From NCBI RefSeq assembly GCF_003790525.1, contig NZ_CP033635.1: a DNA stretch of 64,000 nt, one strand, 5' to 3'. The first letter of the stretch is position 1; every line of letters begins with the position of its first letter. Below, piece by piece: positions 23,846 through 34,432 of the stretch. The notes under the pieces are model-generated. The model did not search any database. It was not told where the DNA came from and saw only the letters and a list, made by a program, of their open reading frames with translations. The position numbers and the translations under genes are program-made. This DNA comes from Escherichia coli (GTDB lineage Bacteria > Pseudomonadota > Gammaproteobacteria > Enterobacterales > Enterobacteriaceae).

Positions 23846-24348
23846 TGATACCTCTGTAACCACAATTTTGTTTAATTATCTCAACGTGCACATTTTCTGA
23901 ACATACATGCAGCGCGTGAATGTGTTAAACAATAGTAGATGACTTTATCCGCAGTAATCAAAGGTTTTGAGTGAGCAACTCTGCGTCAGGAAAGGGCATT
24001 TTCCTGAATATGTTCACATCATATAAAGAAATACAGATAAAGTTATTATCTGCTTGTGGTGGTGAATGCACTGACCGACCTATAAGGAAAGGCCAAACAA
24101 GAACACGGTTGCAAAAACCGTGCCCTTAAATATTGAATTTCTATTCAGAACACTTTCTTAAAATGTCATTCAGACCATTTCGAAGAATTTCGCATAAAAA
24201 CGTTCTGTTACGTTGAACCCTTACGCCATCTGCCTTTCAGCCCCTAAGCCATCACACTTCGAGTACAAGTGTTACATTGCGGGTATCTTTGAGCAACGAG
24301 TTTTGTGTACACTTTTGCGTACTCGCAAGCCAGATGTGTACACATTCA

Positions 24349-25407
<1,059 letters not shown>

Positions 25408-25408
25408 A

Positions 25409-25828
25409 TCAGGGAATATTCAGGTAGCAAACGCAAGCTCAGGAACCACATGGAGCTTTATGAAATCAACTGGTAACGCTGTAGCGCCTGGAGCATGGGT
25501 TCCGAATTCAGATGGCCGCCTGAAAGATGGAGTGTCCAGAATTGGAGACCCGCTCAGTAAGATGGAAATGCTAAAAGGTTGTTCCTGGACGCGAAAAGAT
25601 ACCGGACAATGGGGGATTGGGTTTATCGCGCAGGATGTTAAGAAAATCTTCCCCCAGGCAGTAACTGAGGGAGGTGATCGTCAACTTCCTGATGGAACTA
25701 TGGTGGAAGGAGTACTCTCTCCAGATACTTACGGCGTTGCGGCAGCGTTGCATCATGAAGCGATTCTGGCACTAATGAACGAACTCAGTGAATTACGAGA
25801 AGAAGTGAATGCGCTGAAAAGTGAGTAA
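25409..25828 (+). pseudogene. phage tail fibre/tailspike C-terminal fragment (intramolecular chaperone-like domain)
   Basis: translation ...NSDGRLKDGVSRIGDPLSKMEMLKGCSWTRKD...ELSELREEVNALKSE resembles the self-cleaving chaperone C-terminus of tail fibres; no N-terminal part, starts at the IS boundary. Confidence 0.45.
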
Positions 25829-25916
25829 GGGAATCATTCTTATAATCTGGAAGCCGCAACCACGCCGGATTGTACTTAATCAGTGTGACGGTTCAAGGCG
25901 TTTAATCTGAAAACAG

Positions 25917-26144
25917 CTACATATCAGTCTCTTCAAACATTTCCTGAACAGTACGGCTTATCTGTTCATTCTCATGCTTGTTGGCGTCAGTGTTGATCGC
26001 CGGCAATGTCATCATCGGTTTAACCCGGACATCAGCGCCGGGGAAAATCCGGTGAACCCTCTTGGTCAACTCGCCCAGAATGATATCTTTTGCACCGGGC
26101 AGTCCATCAAAATTCCTTTTGCCATAAACGAGTTCCACGAACAT
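25917..26144 (-). CDS. DinI-family (damage-inducible protein I / MsgA-like) protein
   Basis: 75 aa, MFVELVYGKRNFDGLPGAKDIILGELTKRVHRIFPGADVRVKP... matches DinI family pattern. Confidence 0.65.
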   Translation of the reverse strand: MFVELVYGKRNFDGLPGAKDIILGELTKRVHRIFPGADVRVKPMMTLPAINTDANKHENEQISRTVQEMFEETDM

Positions 26145-26219
26145 TGCTCATTGCCTCTTTACTGGGTGTATATACAGTATTTATACTGTGTTTTTATCCG
26201 GTATTCAAGAGAGGGCGTA

Positions 26220-26573
26220 ATGATGCCACGACGCAGCGATATTGAAATAGCCTGGTATTCTTCGATACAGCAAGAGCCGAATGGCCGGAAGACCGTCACT
26301 ACACAGCGATTTGTTCAGGGGTTGAGCAAAGTTAACTGGGAATTCTCACTCAAAGATGCTAATGCCTGGATCGAATCCAGCGTGAGCACTTTTAAATATT
26401 TATCAATGGTAGAGGGGGAAGAACGCACTTTCATGCTCTATAGCCTTGATTTATGCGATGCACATTTCCACAACCTAGTCAGGACAACCTCTTTTCTAAT
26501 AAAATGTAGATGCCTAATTTTAGGCGTCTACATAATTAATGATGATTTATTACAATTATTTTCTAGATACTAA
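26220..26573 (+). CDS. hypothetical protein
   Basis: ATG at 26220 with gagaggg RBS upstream; earlier part of the listed ORF is antisense to the DinI-like gene; 3' end runs into AT-rich DNA. Confidence 0.3.
   Translation: MMPRRSDIEIAWYSSIQQEPNGRKTVTTQRFVQGLSKVNWEFSLKDANAWIESSVSTFKYLSMVEGEERTFMLYSLDLCDAHFHNLVRTTSFLIKCRCLILGVYIINDDLLQLFSRY
26504..26533 (-). terminator. hairpin terminator downstream of the sulfatase-like gene
   Basis: 12-bp inverted repeat atgtagatgcct-aatttt-aggcgtctacat, T-rich flank on minus strand. Confidence 0.5.
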
Positions 26574-28363
26574 TCGTGAAATAATGACATTGAATAAATC
26601 CACGACGGGGTCATGTTAATTAACTTATCATAATTAAAGTTATCACTGTTTTCACAGACATGCTTTGCGTTGTGATTAAATGATACCAATCCAGATTGAA
26701 TGAAATGTTTATCAACTAATGAAGATACACAGAAAAAAGGTTTTCCATTGGCGTCGGTTATGAATTTTTTAATGGCGTCTTTATCATTTGATTTAATAAG
26801 TACAGGAACATCACCAAAATCGAGTGGGGTTGTGCTCATTTTAAAGACGAAATCTTCATCTTTTTCTTCTCCGATTTTGTTGAAAATATTACTTGGTAGC
26901 ACCCCATTTTCGACGAAATATTTATTTAGTGGTGGTTTATGGTCACCGTAAAAGACGATTACAGCATTTGGATCTATTTTTTCTACTTGCTGTGAAAATT
27001 GAACGAATCTTTTGACTGCCTCATTAATCTCATAGGTATAAACACCTTCACCATAATCATTAATGTGTTGATAAGGACCATGAGTTGACATAGTGATCAA
27101 ATGTACAAAAATATCTTTGTTTCCTGCATTTTGGATGGCTTTTAATGCTGCATTGTAAAGCAGGTAGTCATCAGGTTGCCACTGCCATGGTTTTTTAATA
27201 CTGCTATACTCTGGTGGTAAATCTCCCATATTAATAATGCTATCAAATCTATCAAATCCAAATTTAGGGTAAATTTTATTCCTATACCAAAAGTCTGCTT
27301 GGTAATTATGTGCTGCGAAAGTAATATAGCCTTTGTTTTTCAGGGCATTAGGTAATGCGTCAACTTTTGGTTTGAATGCATCTGAATATTCTTGATAGAT
27401 GATTCCTGATATTTTATCTGAATTACTTGGTAGTCCTGTCAGCATTTCAAATTCGGCATTTGCGGTACCTCCACCGTAAACTGGTGAGATGGCCCGTAAT
27501 TCACTGTAACCTTCATCAATAACAGGTTTGAAATTTTCTCGGAAGTTTTTTTTATCATACCAACATGATTCACATAAAACATAAATAATGGTTTTATTTT
27601 TTATATGAGTGGATACTAAAGATCTTTTTTCATCTAAATATCTTAATTGTTCTGCATCAGTTGCATGTGGTACAGATTTTCTGACACTTGTTTGTATTAT
27701 ATGCATTGGCAAGCCATTAACGCCAATATTTTGAGACCAATTCCAGTAAATATATTTTATATTTAAGTTGTTCGCGCTGGAGTTTATGATTTCAGAAATC
27801 CTATTGTTAGGGCTAAAAATGGTTCCAATATAGGGGTAGAATGAAAAGGGGATCGTAATGATAATTAAAAGAAATAACGATATATAATTTTTTCTTGTTG
27901 TGACCGTTTTTTTGCTAAGTAGGATTGAGATTATTGCGCCAATTAGAATAGCGACAGAGTAAGTAATGGATGATAAGTTGAGGTATTTTCCTGCGACACT
28001 CAAATTGAATCCAGAAACAATGTCATTAAATGATAAAGGCTCACCGGTTAACGCCATTTTAGTACTGTTCACAAACATCAATGTTATAATTGCGATGCCT
28101 GATAAATAAGAACATAGAAAAATTGGAATGTTTATTATTCTAAATAACAAATAAATAAACAAAATGGGGGATGAACGCCAGATGAAATTCAATATTGCAC
28201 CAATTAACTCTTTAGGCGGTTCAATATTTCCTATGATAACTATTGACTGATTTAGAAAACAAAATAAGTACAATAAAAACATAACGTTGACAATGTCGAA
28301 AACATATGATTTCAACTTTAAGTTTTTATATCTTGTAACGACTTTGCTCAAACCGATACTCAT
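26570..28363 (-). CDS. sulfatase/LTA-synthase-like membrane protein (alkaline phosphatase superfamily; possible phosphoglycerol or phosphoethanolamine transferase)
   Basis: 597 aa; N-terminal multi-TM region, C-terminal domain with metal-site-like motifs HLITMSTHGPYQ and VIVFYGDHKPP; visibly AT-rich compared with flanks. Confidence 0.7.
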   Translation of the reverse strand: MSIGLSKVVTRYKNLKLKSYVFDIVNVMFLLYLFCFLNQSIVIIGNIEPPKELIGAILNFIWRSSPILFIYLLFRIINIPIFLCSYLSGIAIITLMFVNSTKMALTGEPLSFNDIVSGFNLSVAGKYLNLSSITYSVAILIGAIISILLSKKTVTTRKNYISLFLLIIITIPFSFYPYIGTIFSPNNRISEIINSSANNLNIKYIYWNWSQNIGVNGLPMHIIQTSVRKSVPHATDAEQLRYLDEKRSLVSTHIKNKTIIYVLCESCWYDKKNFRENFKPVIDEGYSELRAISPVYGGGTANAEFEMLTGLPSNSDKISGIIYQEYSDAFKPKVDALPNALKNKGYITFAAHNYQADFWYRNKIYPKFGFDRFDSIINMGDLPPEYSSIKKPWQWQPDDYLLYNAALKAIQNAGNKDIFVHLITMSTHGPYQHINDYGEGVYTYEINEAVKRFVQFSQQVEKIDPNAVIVFYGDHKPPLNKYFVENGVLPSNIFNKIGEEKDEDFVFKMSTTPLDFGDVPVLIKSNDKDAIKKFITDANGKPFFCVSSLVDKHFIQSGLVSFNHNAKHVCENSDNFNYDKLINMTPSWIYSMSLFHD

Positions 28364-28471
28364 ATTAATGCTCTATCTCTAGAATAATGAACTTTTATGC
28401 AGAATATCACAAAATGACATTTTGGTTAAATAAATCATGGTAGTCTCTCTTACTAATCATGAGTTTAAAAT

Positions 28472-28729
28472 CTAATTAGTAGAGTATCTAATCTGTCTTT
28501 GGTATGTGTAAAAATCCAGGTTTATCCCACCATCCGGGGCGTATCCCCAGAAAACTGGATCAAGATGGAGTTTCTCGTCACGTTCGCTCAGAAGCAGAAC
28601 TTTGGTGCCTGGCGCAACGTTGAAACGTCCGATCGGTTCAGGGTCATATGGAATGTCTTGCTCGACTTCATCTGCGAGAAGGGCGAGATAGTCTTCACGC
28701 GTCATTGACTGTGAAAAGCGTCCGCACAT
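28472..28729 (-). pseudogene. SOS-response-associated peptidase (SRAP/YedK-like), truncated
   Basis: begins MCGRF (Cys2 nucleophile hallmark) but is only 85 aa, far shorter than an intact family member; C-terminus diverges next to the AT-rich insert. Confidence 0.55.
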
Positions 28730-28881
28730 AGAAACCTCCAGCCAGATGTCAGACTGAAAGTATAAGTCGTAGCGAAAAAAAAGGGGCGCTTAGATTAATG
28801 TGTACTTAAATGCGCCCTTTATTATTGATTATGTTGACTGTCTTTCGTTATTGCTTTGAATTTAAATAATATTTAATTTAT

Positions 28882-29178
28882 TCAAAACACTTTCTTAAAT
28901 GGTTTCACTGAAACGTGTTCATAGACTCCTGCCGCTACGTACGGGTCAGCATCGGCCCAGGCCTGAGCTGCTTCCAGCGACTCAAATTCAGCAATAACGG
29001 TTGAGCCAGTAAATCCCGCAGCCCCTGGATCGTTACTGTCTACTGCTGGCATTGGACCGGCGGTCAACAAACGACCTTCATCATGCAGTAACTGTAAACG
29101 TGCTAAATGTGCCGGACGAACGGAAAGGCGTTTTTCGAGGCTATCAGCTTTGTCTTGAGCGTAAATAACATACAACAC
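28882..29178 (-). CDS. yciI: YciI-like protein
   Basis: start placed at in-frame GTG giving 98 aa ([10 protein letters not shown]...); located beside tonB. Confidence 0.8.
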
Positions 29179-29401
29179 AGGCACAACTCCTTGTTCGGGA
29201 AAGTTGTAAAGTACGTTATTTGAAAGGGCGAAGATCTGCAACGGAAAGATGATGTCTTTGTTAAGACCATGCATAAAGTAAGGTCAATTACGCCAAAAAT
29301 GACATTTTCACTGATCCTGATCGTCTTGCCTTATTGAATATGATTGCTATTTGCATTTAAAATCGGGGCCTGGTTTTTCTACTGAAATGATTATGACTTC
29401 A

Positions 29402-30118
29402 ATGACCCTTGATTTACCTCGCCGCTTCCCCTGGCCGACGTTACTTTCGGTCTGCATTCATGGTGCTGTTGTGGCGGGTTTGATCTATACCTCGGTACAT
29501 CAGGTTATTGAACTACCTGCGCCCGCGCAGCCGATTTCTGTCACGATGGTTGCGCCAGCGGATCTCGAACCGCCACAAGCCGTTCAACCACCACCGGAGC
29601 CGGTGGTAGAGCCAGAACCGGAACCTGAGCCGATCCCTGAACCGCCAAAAGAAGCTCCGGTGGTCATTGAAAAGCCGAAGCCGAAACCTAAGCCAAAACC
29701 GAAGCCGGTGAAAAAGGTGGAGCAGCCAAAACGCGATGTCAAACCCGTAGAGTCGCGTCCGGCATCACCGTTTGAAAATACGGCACCCGCGCGCCCGACA
29801 TCAAGTACGGCAACGGCTGCAACCAGCAAGCCGGTTACCAGTGTGGCTTCAGGACCACGCGCATTAAGCCGTAATCAGCCGCAGTATCCGGCACGAGCAC
29901 AGGCATTGCGCATTGAAGGGCAGGTTAAAGTTAAATTTGATGTCACGCCAGATGGTCGCGTGGATAACGTACAAATCCTCTCAGCCAAGCCTGCGAACAT
30001 GTTTGAGCGTGAAGTGAAAAATGCGATGCGCAGATGGCGTTATGAGCCGGGTAAGCCAGGCAGTGGGATTGTGGTGAATATCCTGTTTAAAATTAACGGC
30101 ACTACCGAAATTCAGTAA
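29402..30118 (+). CDS. tonB: energy transducer TonB
   Basis: start at [17 protein letters not shown]; Pro-rich EP/KP repeats; C-terminal domain ...[19 protein letters not shown]... Confidence 0.92.
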   Translation: MTLDLPRRFPWPTLLSVCIHGAVVAGLIYTSVHQVIELPAPAQPISVTMVAPADLEPPQAVQPPPEPVVEPEPEPEPIPEPPKEAPVVIEKPKPKPKPKPKPVKKVEQPKRDVKPVESRPASPFENTAPARPTSSTATAATSKPVTSVASGPRALSRNQPQYPARAQALRIEGQVKVKFDVTPDGRVDNVQILSAKPANMFEREVKNAMRRWRYEPGKPGSGIVVNILFKINGTTEIQ

Positions 30119-30157
30119 GCATAAAGTCAAAAGCCTCCGACCGGAGGCTTTTGACTA

Positions 30158-30556
30158 TTACTCAACAGGTAAGGCGCGAGGTTTTCCTTCAGGATCAACC
30201 GCGACATACTTAAATAATGCTTCTGTCGCTTTATAGCGTTGCCCGATGGGTTCAGACGCGACTTTTTTCACCCACACTTCAATATTAATGCTGACCGATG
30301 TCGTCCCTTTCTGGACACAGCGTGCATAGCAGCACACCACATCGCCGACCGCAACCGGTCGTAAGAAAGTCATTCCTTCAACCCGCACGGTCACTACACG
30401 ACCGTGGGCAATTTCTTTCGCCAGAATAGCGCCGCCAATATCCATTTGTGACATTAACCAACCACCAAAGATGTCACCATTGGCATTGGTATCGGCGGGC
30501 ATGGCTAAAGTACGTAAAACAAGATCGCCCTGAGGGACGTTATGTGTTGTAGACAT
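30158..30556 (-). CDS. yciA: acyl-CoA thioester hydrolase (hotdog fold)
   Basis: 132 aa, position after tonB. Confidence 0.88.
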   Translation of the reverse strand: MSTTHNVPQGDLVLRTLAMPADTNANGDIFGGWLMSQMDIGGAILAKEIAHGRVVTVRVEGMTFLRPVAVGDVVCCYARCVQKGTTSVSINIEVWVKKVASEPIGQRYKATEALFKYVAVDPEGKPRALPVE

Positions 30557-30660
30557 GGTAAAACCGACTTAAAAGGAAAATCACAGGCGCGATGCTACTA
30601 TGATTTTCCTGAGGAGAACAGAGGAGATACAGCGCCAGCCCCGAAGGACTGGCAGTCTGG

Positions 30661-31200
30661 TTAGGATTTATCTTCCTGCGGCATGTGGCGGTAGATATAG
30701 ATACCGCTTAACAATGTGAAGATTAAGGTAAGGGCGGTCAGGCCAAAGACTTTAAAGTTGACCCAAATATTTTGCGGCAGCCAGAATGCGATGTAGATGT
30801 TTGCCAGGCCGCAAAGGATAAAGAAAACAGCCCAGGCCAGATTCAGCTTCGACCATACCGATTGCGGCAGGGTGAGTTCTTTACCCAGCATCCGCTGAAT
30901 TAGCGGCTTTTTCATCACCCATTGACTGACTAACAGGGCACCCGCAAACAGGGCATAAATGACAGTAACCTTCCATTTAATAAACTCATCATTGTGGAAG
31001 AACAGCGTTAAGCCACCGAAGACGACCACCAGAACAAAAGTGATCAGGGCCATCTTCTCAACCTTACGAAAGCGAACCCAGCTATAGATAAGCACAATCG
31101 CCGTGGCGACGATGAGCGCCGCAGTAGCCGCATAGATGTCATAAATCTTGTAGAACGCGAAAAAGACAACCAGCGGTAAAAAATCAAGAAACTGCTTCAT
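30661..31200 (-). CDS. yciB: inner membrane protein YciB (intracellular septation protein A family)
   Basis: 179 aa multi-TM. Confidence 0.88.
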   Translation of the reverse strand: MKQFLDFLPLVVFFAFYKIYDIYAATAALIVATAIVLIYSWVRFRKVEKMALITFVLVVVFGGLTLFFHNDEFIKWKVTVIYALFAGALLVSQWVMKKPLIQRMLGKELTLPQSVWSKLNLAWAVFFILCGLANIYIAFWLPQNIWVNFKVFGLTALTLIFTLLSGIYIYRHMPQEDKS

Positions 31201-31229
31201 TTTACGATTCCGTAATCAAATGCTTAAGG

Positions 31230-31973
31230 TTATTGGCGAATCAACATATACAGGCGGAACAGATAGATGAGCAATACGGCTGAAATCAGGTTGCTCAAGG
31301 TGTTCGCCAGTACGGCACCAATTTCCGGGGTTAATGCGGCAAAAGAAGAGGCAAAAAGCAGCAACAGTGTTTTTGCCAGCAACCAGCTCAGTACTGCGGG
31401 TGCCACCAGACGCATATTCGCCCATGTCAGCCGCATACTGCTACGCATCGAGGCAAAAATGCCCATTTTGTCCTGTACCAACATCACCGGTGCCAGAGCC
31501 AGTAAAATGGCCATGATAATTCCCGGAACGACCACCAGCATGATGCCAATCTGTACTAAAAGGGTAGTCAGAAAAATCAGAATAAATAACTTTGGCAATA
31601 TCGGCGCACTGGCACCAATAGCTCGAAGCGCACTGACTCTCTGACCCGCAGACACCAGCTGGATAATTAATATTACGCCTCCGGCTAGAATGGCGTTACC
31701 GATTAATCCTGAAAAAGTGGACGCCGCTGAAGCCTGCAGCAAAATTTGTTGCTGTTCAGGTGACATATTCTGAACCAGGTCGAACAACCCACTACTGCCG
31801 CTAACGGGCACGCCGTCATTGAGCTGAGCAAGCTGTGCATCACTGGGTGAGAAAACATGCCCTAACACCACTGTGATAAACGCACATAGCAACGATACCA
31901 ACAGAATGGTCATAAATTGATTACGGAAGAAATTTCCGGTGTCACGGTATACGGACTGCGCCGTGATAGACAT
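31230..31973 (-). CDS. yciC: inner membrane protein YciC
   Basis: 247 aa multi-TM. Confidence 0.88.
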   Translation of the reverse strand: MSITAQSVYRDTGNFFRNQFMTILLVSLLCAFITVVLGHVFSPSDAQLAQLNDGVPVSGSSGLFDLVQNMSPEQQQILLQASAASTFSGLIGNAILAGGVILIIQLVSAGQRVSALRAIGASAPILPKLFILIFLTTLLVQIGIMLVVVPGIIMAILLALAPVMLVQDKMGIFASMRSSMRLTWANMRLVAPAVLSWLLAKTLLLLFASSFAALTPEIGAVLANTLSNLISAVLLIYLFRLYMLIRQ

Positions 31974-32327
31974 GCACTCTCCTTGAGTTTTATGCAGGTG
32001 TTAATTAGCGGGCAATTGTACCCTGGTTAAGCCTCGGGTGGCAGCATCAGGTCTTGTATGGAAAAGCATATCTTTGTAAAGCGGAGGTAATTGCGGGTCT
32101 AAGCTATGGGCAAACCGCAGCAAGTGGCGAGCGAGTTAATGTTTGCGTAGTGAAATATATAGGAATTGATTTAAATCACATTAACCAGGATTCACAGTGC
32201 AACTTCTAAATTAATCCAGATCAATAAAGGGTGAATTATCATATATAATGTGATCTGTGTAGGATCATTTGTTACTCCAATGTGGGTATATTCGTCACGT
32301 TTTTATAACCATAACGACGGAGCGGAT

Positions 32328-32966
32328 ATGAAAAAGTTAACAGTGGCGGCTTTGGCAGTAACAACTCTTCTCTCTGGCAGTGCCTATGCGCATGAAGCAG
32401 GCGAATTTTTTATGCGTGCAGGGTCTGCAACCGTACGTCCAACAGAAGGTGCTGGTGGTACGTTAGGAAGTCTGGGTGGATTCAGCGTGACCAATAACAC
32501 GCAACTGGGCCTGACGTTTACTTATATGGCGACCGACAACATTGGTGTGGAATTACTGGCTGCGACGCCGTTCCGCCATAAAATCGGCACCCGGGCGACC
32601 GGCGATATTGCAACCGTTCATCATCTGCCGCCAACACTGATGGCGCAGTGGTATTTTGGTGATGCCAGCAGCAAATTCCGTCCTTACGTTGGGGCAGGTA
32701 TTAACTACACCACCTTCTTTGATAATGGATTTAACGATCATGGCAAAGAGGCGGGGCTTTCCGATCTCAGTCTGAAAGATTCCTGGGGAGCTGCCGGGCA
32801 GGTGGGGGTTGATTATCTGATTAACCGTGACTGGTTGGTTAACATGTCAGTGTGGTACATGGATATCGACACCACCGCCAGCTATAAATTTAATGGAACC
32901 CCCGTGAAAGACGCGGTACGACTGGATCCGTGGGTGTTTATGTTCTCTGCCGGATACCGCTTCTAA
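32328..32966 (+). CDS. ompW: outer membrane protein W
   Basis: start at MKKLTVAALAVTTLLSGSAYA signal peptide; beta-barrel ending ...SAGYRF (212 aa). Confidence 0.92.
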   Translation: MKKLTVAALAVTTLLSGSAYAHEAGEFFMRAGSATVRPTEGAGGTLGSLGGFSVTNNTQLGLTFTYMATDNIGVELLAATPFRHKIGTRATGDIATVHHLPPTLMAQWYFGDASSKFRPYVGAGINYTTFFDNGFNDHGKEAGLSDLSLKDSWGAAGQVGVDYLINRDWLVNMSVWYMDIDTTASYKFNGTPVKDAVRLDPWVFMFSAGYRF

Positions 32967-33002
32967 TTTTCTCTGCAAAACCTCTGCAAAACTCTTCTGC
33001 AA

Positions 33003-33029
33003 AACTGGTTATCAAATAACCAGTTTTTT
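33003..33029 (+). terminator. ompW terminator hairpin overlapping the prophage integrase stop codon (probable attL core region)
   Basis: perfect palindrome aactggttat-caa-ataaccagtt followed by TTTTTT; int stop codon lies at 33012-33014 inside the hairpin. Confidence 0.55.
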
Positions 33030-34142
33030 CCACTCTTTACCGCGTGCGTCGTTGTAAATATCGGTCATTTTTTGATTCGAATGGCCCAGCAAAATTTTGG
33101 TATCAATTCCCTGTTCTCTGAACAATCGTTCTGATAAAGATCTTTGCTCATGGAAAGAGGGTGGCGTGCCATTAGCACGCCAGTTGTAATCCACAGAATC
33201 CCGGGCTTTTTTAAATGCGACTGTTAATGTTGCTGGTTTAACCATCCCGCCGCGCTTACCCATCCCCTTAGCGTGATGATGGTGCAATAACCACGGACTA
33301 AGGATGTAATCACGACAGGATGACACCACGTCACCCAGGGTAAGATTTAATTTGTCGCAACGCAGAGCCAGAGGAATGGCTATCCGGGCTCCTGTTTTTT
33401 GCTGTTCGACATGAAGGTAACCATCCCGGATATCCGAAAACTGCATTTTGCAAATATCCGAAAGACGCTGGCCCGTCATCAGTGCCAGCAGCATGCCGCG
33501 CTGTAAAAAGTAACCATCCTTTTCCGCTGCGTTATAAATCATCATCCACTCATCAAAAGTCAGTCGCTGTCTTGATATCCGCACTTGCGGTTTTTTTGCC
33601 GATTCAGCCGGGTTAAAGCCTGGCGGAACATCACCAGTTTGTTGAGCCTCCCGGAAAACATCGATCAATACCTTCCTGAAAATTTGTCCCATTCTGTTAT
33701 GTCCCTTTGCCTTGTATTCTTCCAGCACCGATACCACATCTTTTACGGTTATGGCATCTAGCGGCCTGGCTCCAAAACGTTCATCAAACACCCTGAGAGG
33801 AGCCGCTTTTTGCTTCAGCGTGCTGAGTTTGATCTCTCCGTTCTCATATCTTTCCTGTTGAATTTTTCTGTAATTATTCAGAAAAATGGAAACGGTTGAT
33901 GCGCCGCCGGTATCACTAATAATTTTCTCCTGCAGACTGAGCATTTGCTCCATTTGTTGTCTGGCAAGACGGCTGTTCGCTTCTGCTGAAATGGTTTCCG
34001 CCAGTTTCTGGTCAATACTGCCGAGTCCATGATTTTTACCTGTGATGGGATTCCTGTAACGCCAGTAAACTTTGTTATTTCTTTTGTCAAAATACGGAGA
34101 TAAACCCGGAACATCGGTTTTATATTTTCTCGGGCGCGCCAT
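33012..34142 (-). CDS. int: prophage tyrosine integrase
   Basis: 376 aa, lambda-Int-like catalytic C-terminus (...HEQRSLSERLFREQGIDTKILLGHSNQKMTDIYNDARG) with catalytic Tyr in DIYND. Confidence 0.9.
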   Translation of the reverse strand: MARPRKYKTDVPGLSPYFDKRNNKVYWRYRNPITGKNHGLGSIDQKLAETISAEANSRLARQQMEQMLSLQEKIISDTGGASTVSIFLNNYRKIQQERYENGEIKLSTLKQKAAPLRVFDERFGARPLDAITVKDVVSVLEEYKAKGHNRMGQIFRKVLIDVFREAQQTGDVPPGFNPAESAKKPQVRISRQRLTFDEWMMIYNAAEKDGYFLQRGMLLALMTGQRLSDICKMQFSDIRDGYLHVEQQKTGARIAIPLALRCDKLNLTLGDVVSSCRDYILSPWLLHHHHAKGMGKRGGMVKPATLTVAFKKARDSVDYNWRANGTPPSFHEQRSLSERLFREQGIDTKILLGHSNQKMTDIYNDARGKEWKKLVI

Positions 34143-34368
34143 CTTCCAGTATCCTCTTCAAAGCAGGGTGATCTGTGGCGATCACCTCCGGCTTGTTTAC
34201 CATTCCGACAAAGCGAGCGCGTGGATCCACTCGCCAGTGCCTTCCTACTTTTTTGGGGAGAGGAAATATCATTCCGGCTTTAGCGTATTTACTTAACGTA
34301 CCCGGAGTAGGGACTGGTTCACTGAATTCCTCTTTTGCCCACTCAGTGAGCAGAATAAGTCTTGCCAT
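34120..34368 (-). CDS. xis: excisionase
   Basis: 82 aa ORF overlapping int start; winged-helix motif GMIFPLPKKVGRHWRVDPRARF similar to lambdoid Xis. Confidence 0.65.
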   Translation of the reverse strand: MARLILLTEWAKEEFSEPVPTPGTLSKYAKAGMIFPLPKKVGRHWRVDPRARFVGMVNKPEVIATDHPALKRILEDGAPEKI

Positions 34369-34432
34369 GAGCGTCGTTCGCTAATCATGGTCGCCGCCAC
34401 TATAGCCGGTGGGCGACGACCGGGGTTGAACA

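Noticed and set aside
25974-26219. 5' portion of the listed 199-aa plus-strand ORF
   Set aside because: Antisense to the DinI-like gene; only the part from 26220 is kept as a low-confidence CDS
32967-33000. Possible CRISPR-like array (three CTGCAAAAC repeats)
   Set aside because: Repeats are only 9 bp with 2-4 bp spacers and no cas genes nearby; more consistent with att-site or terminator-adjacent repeats
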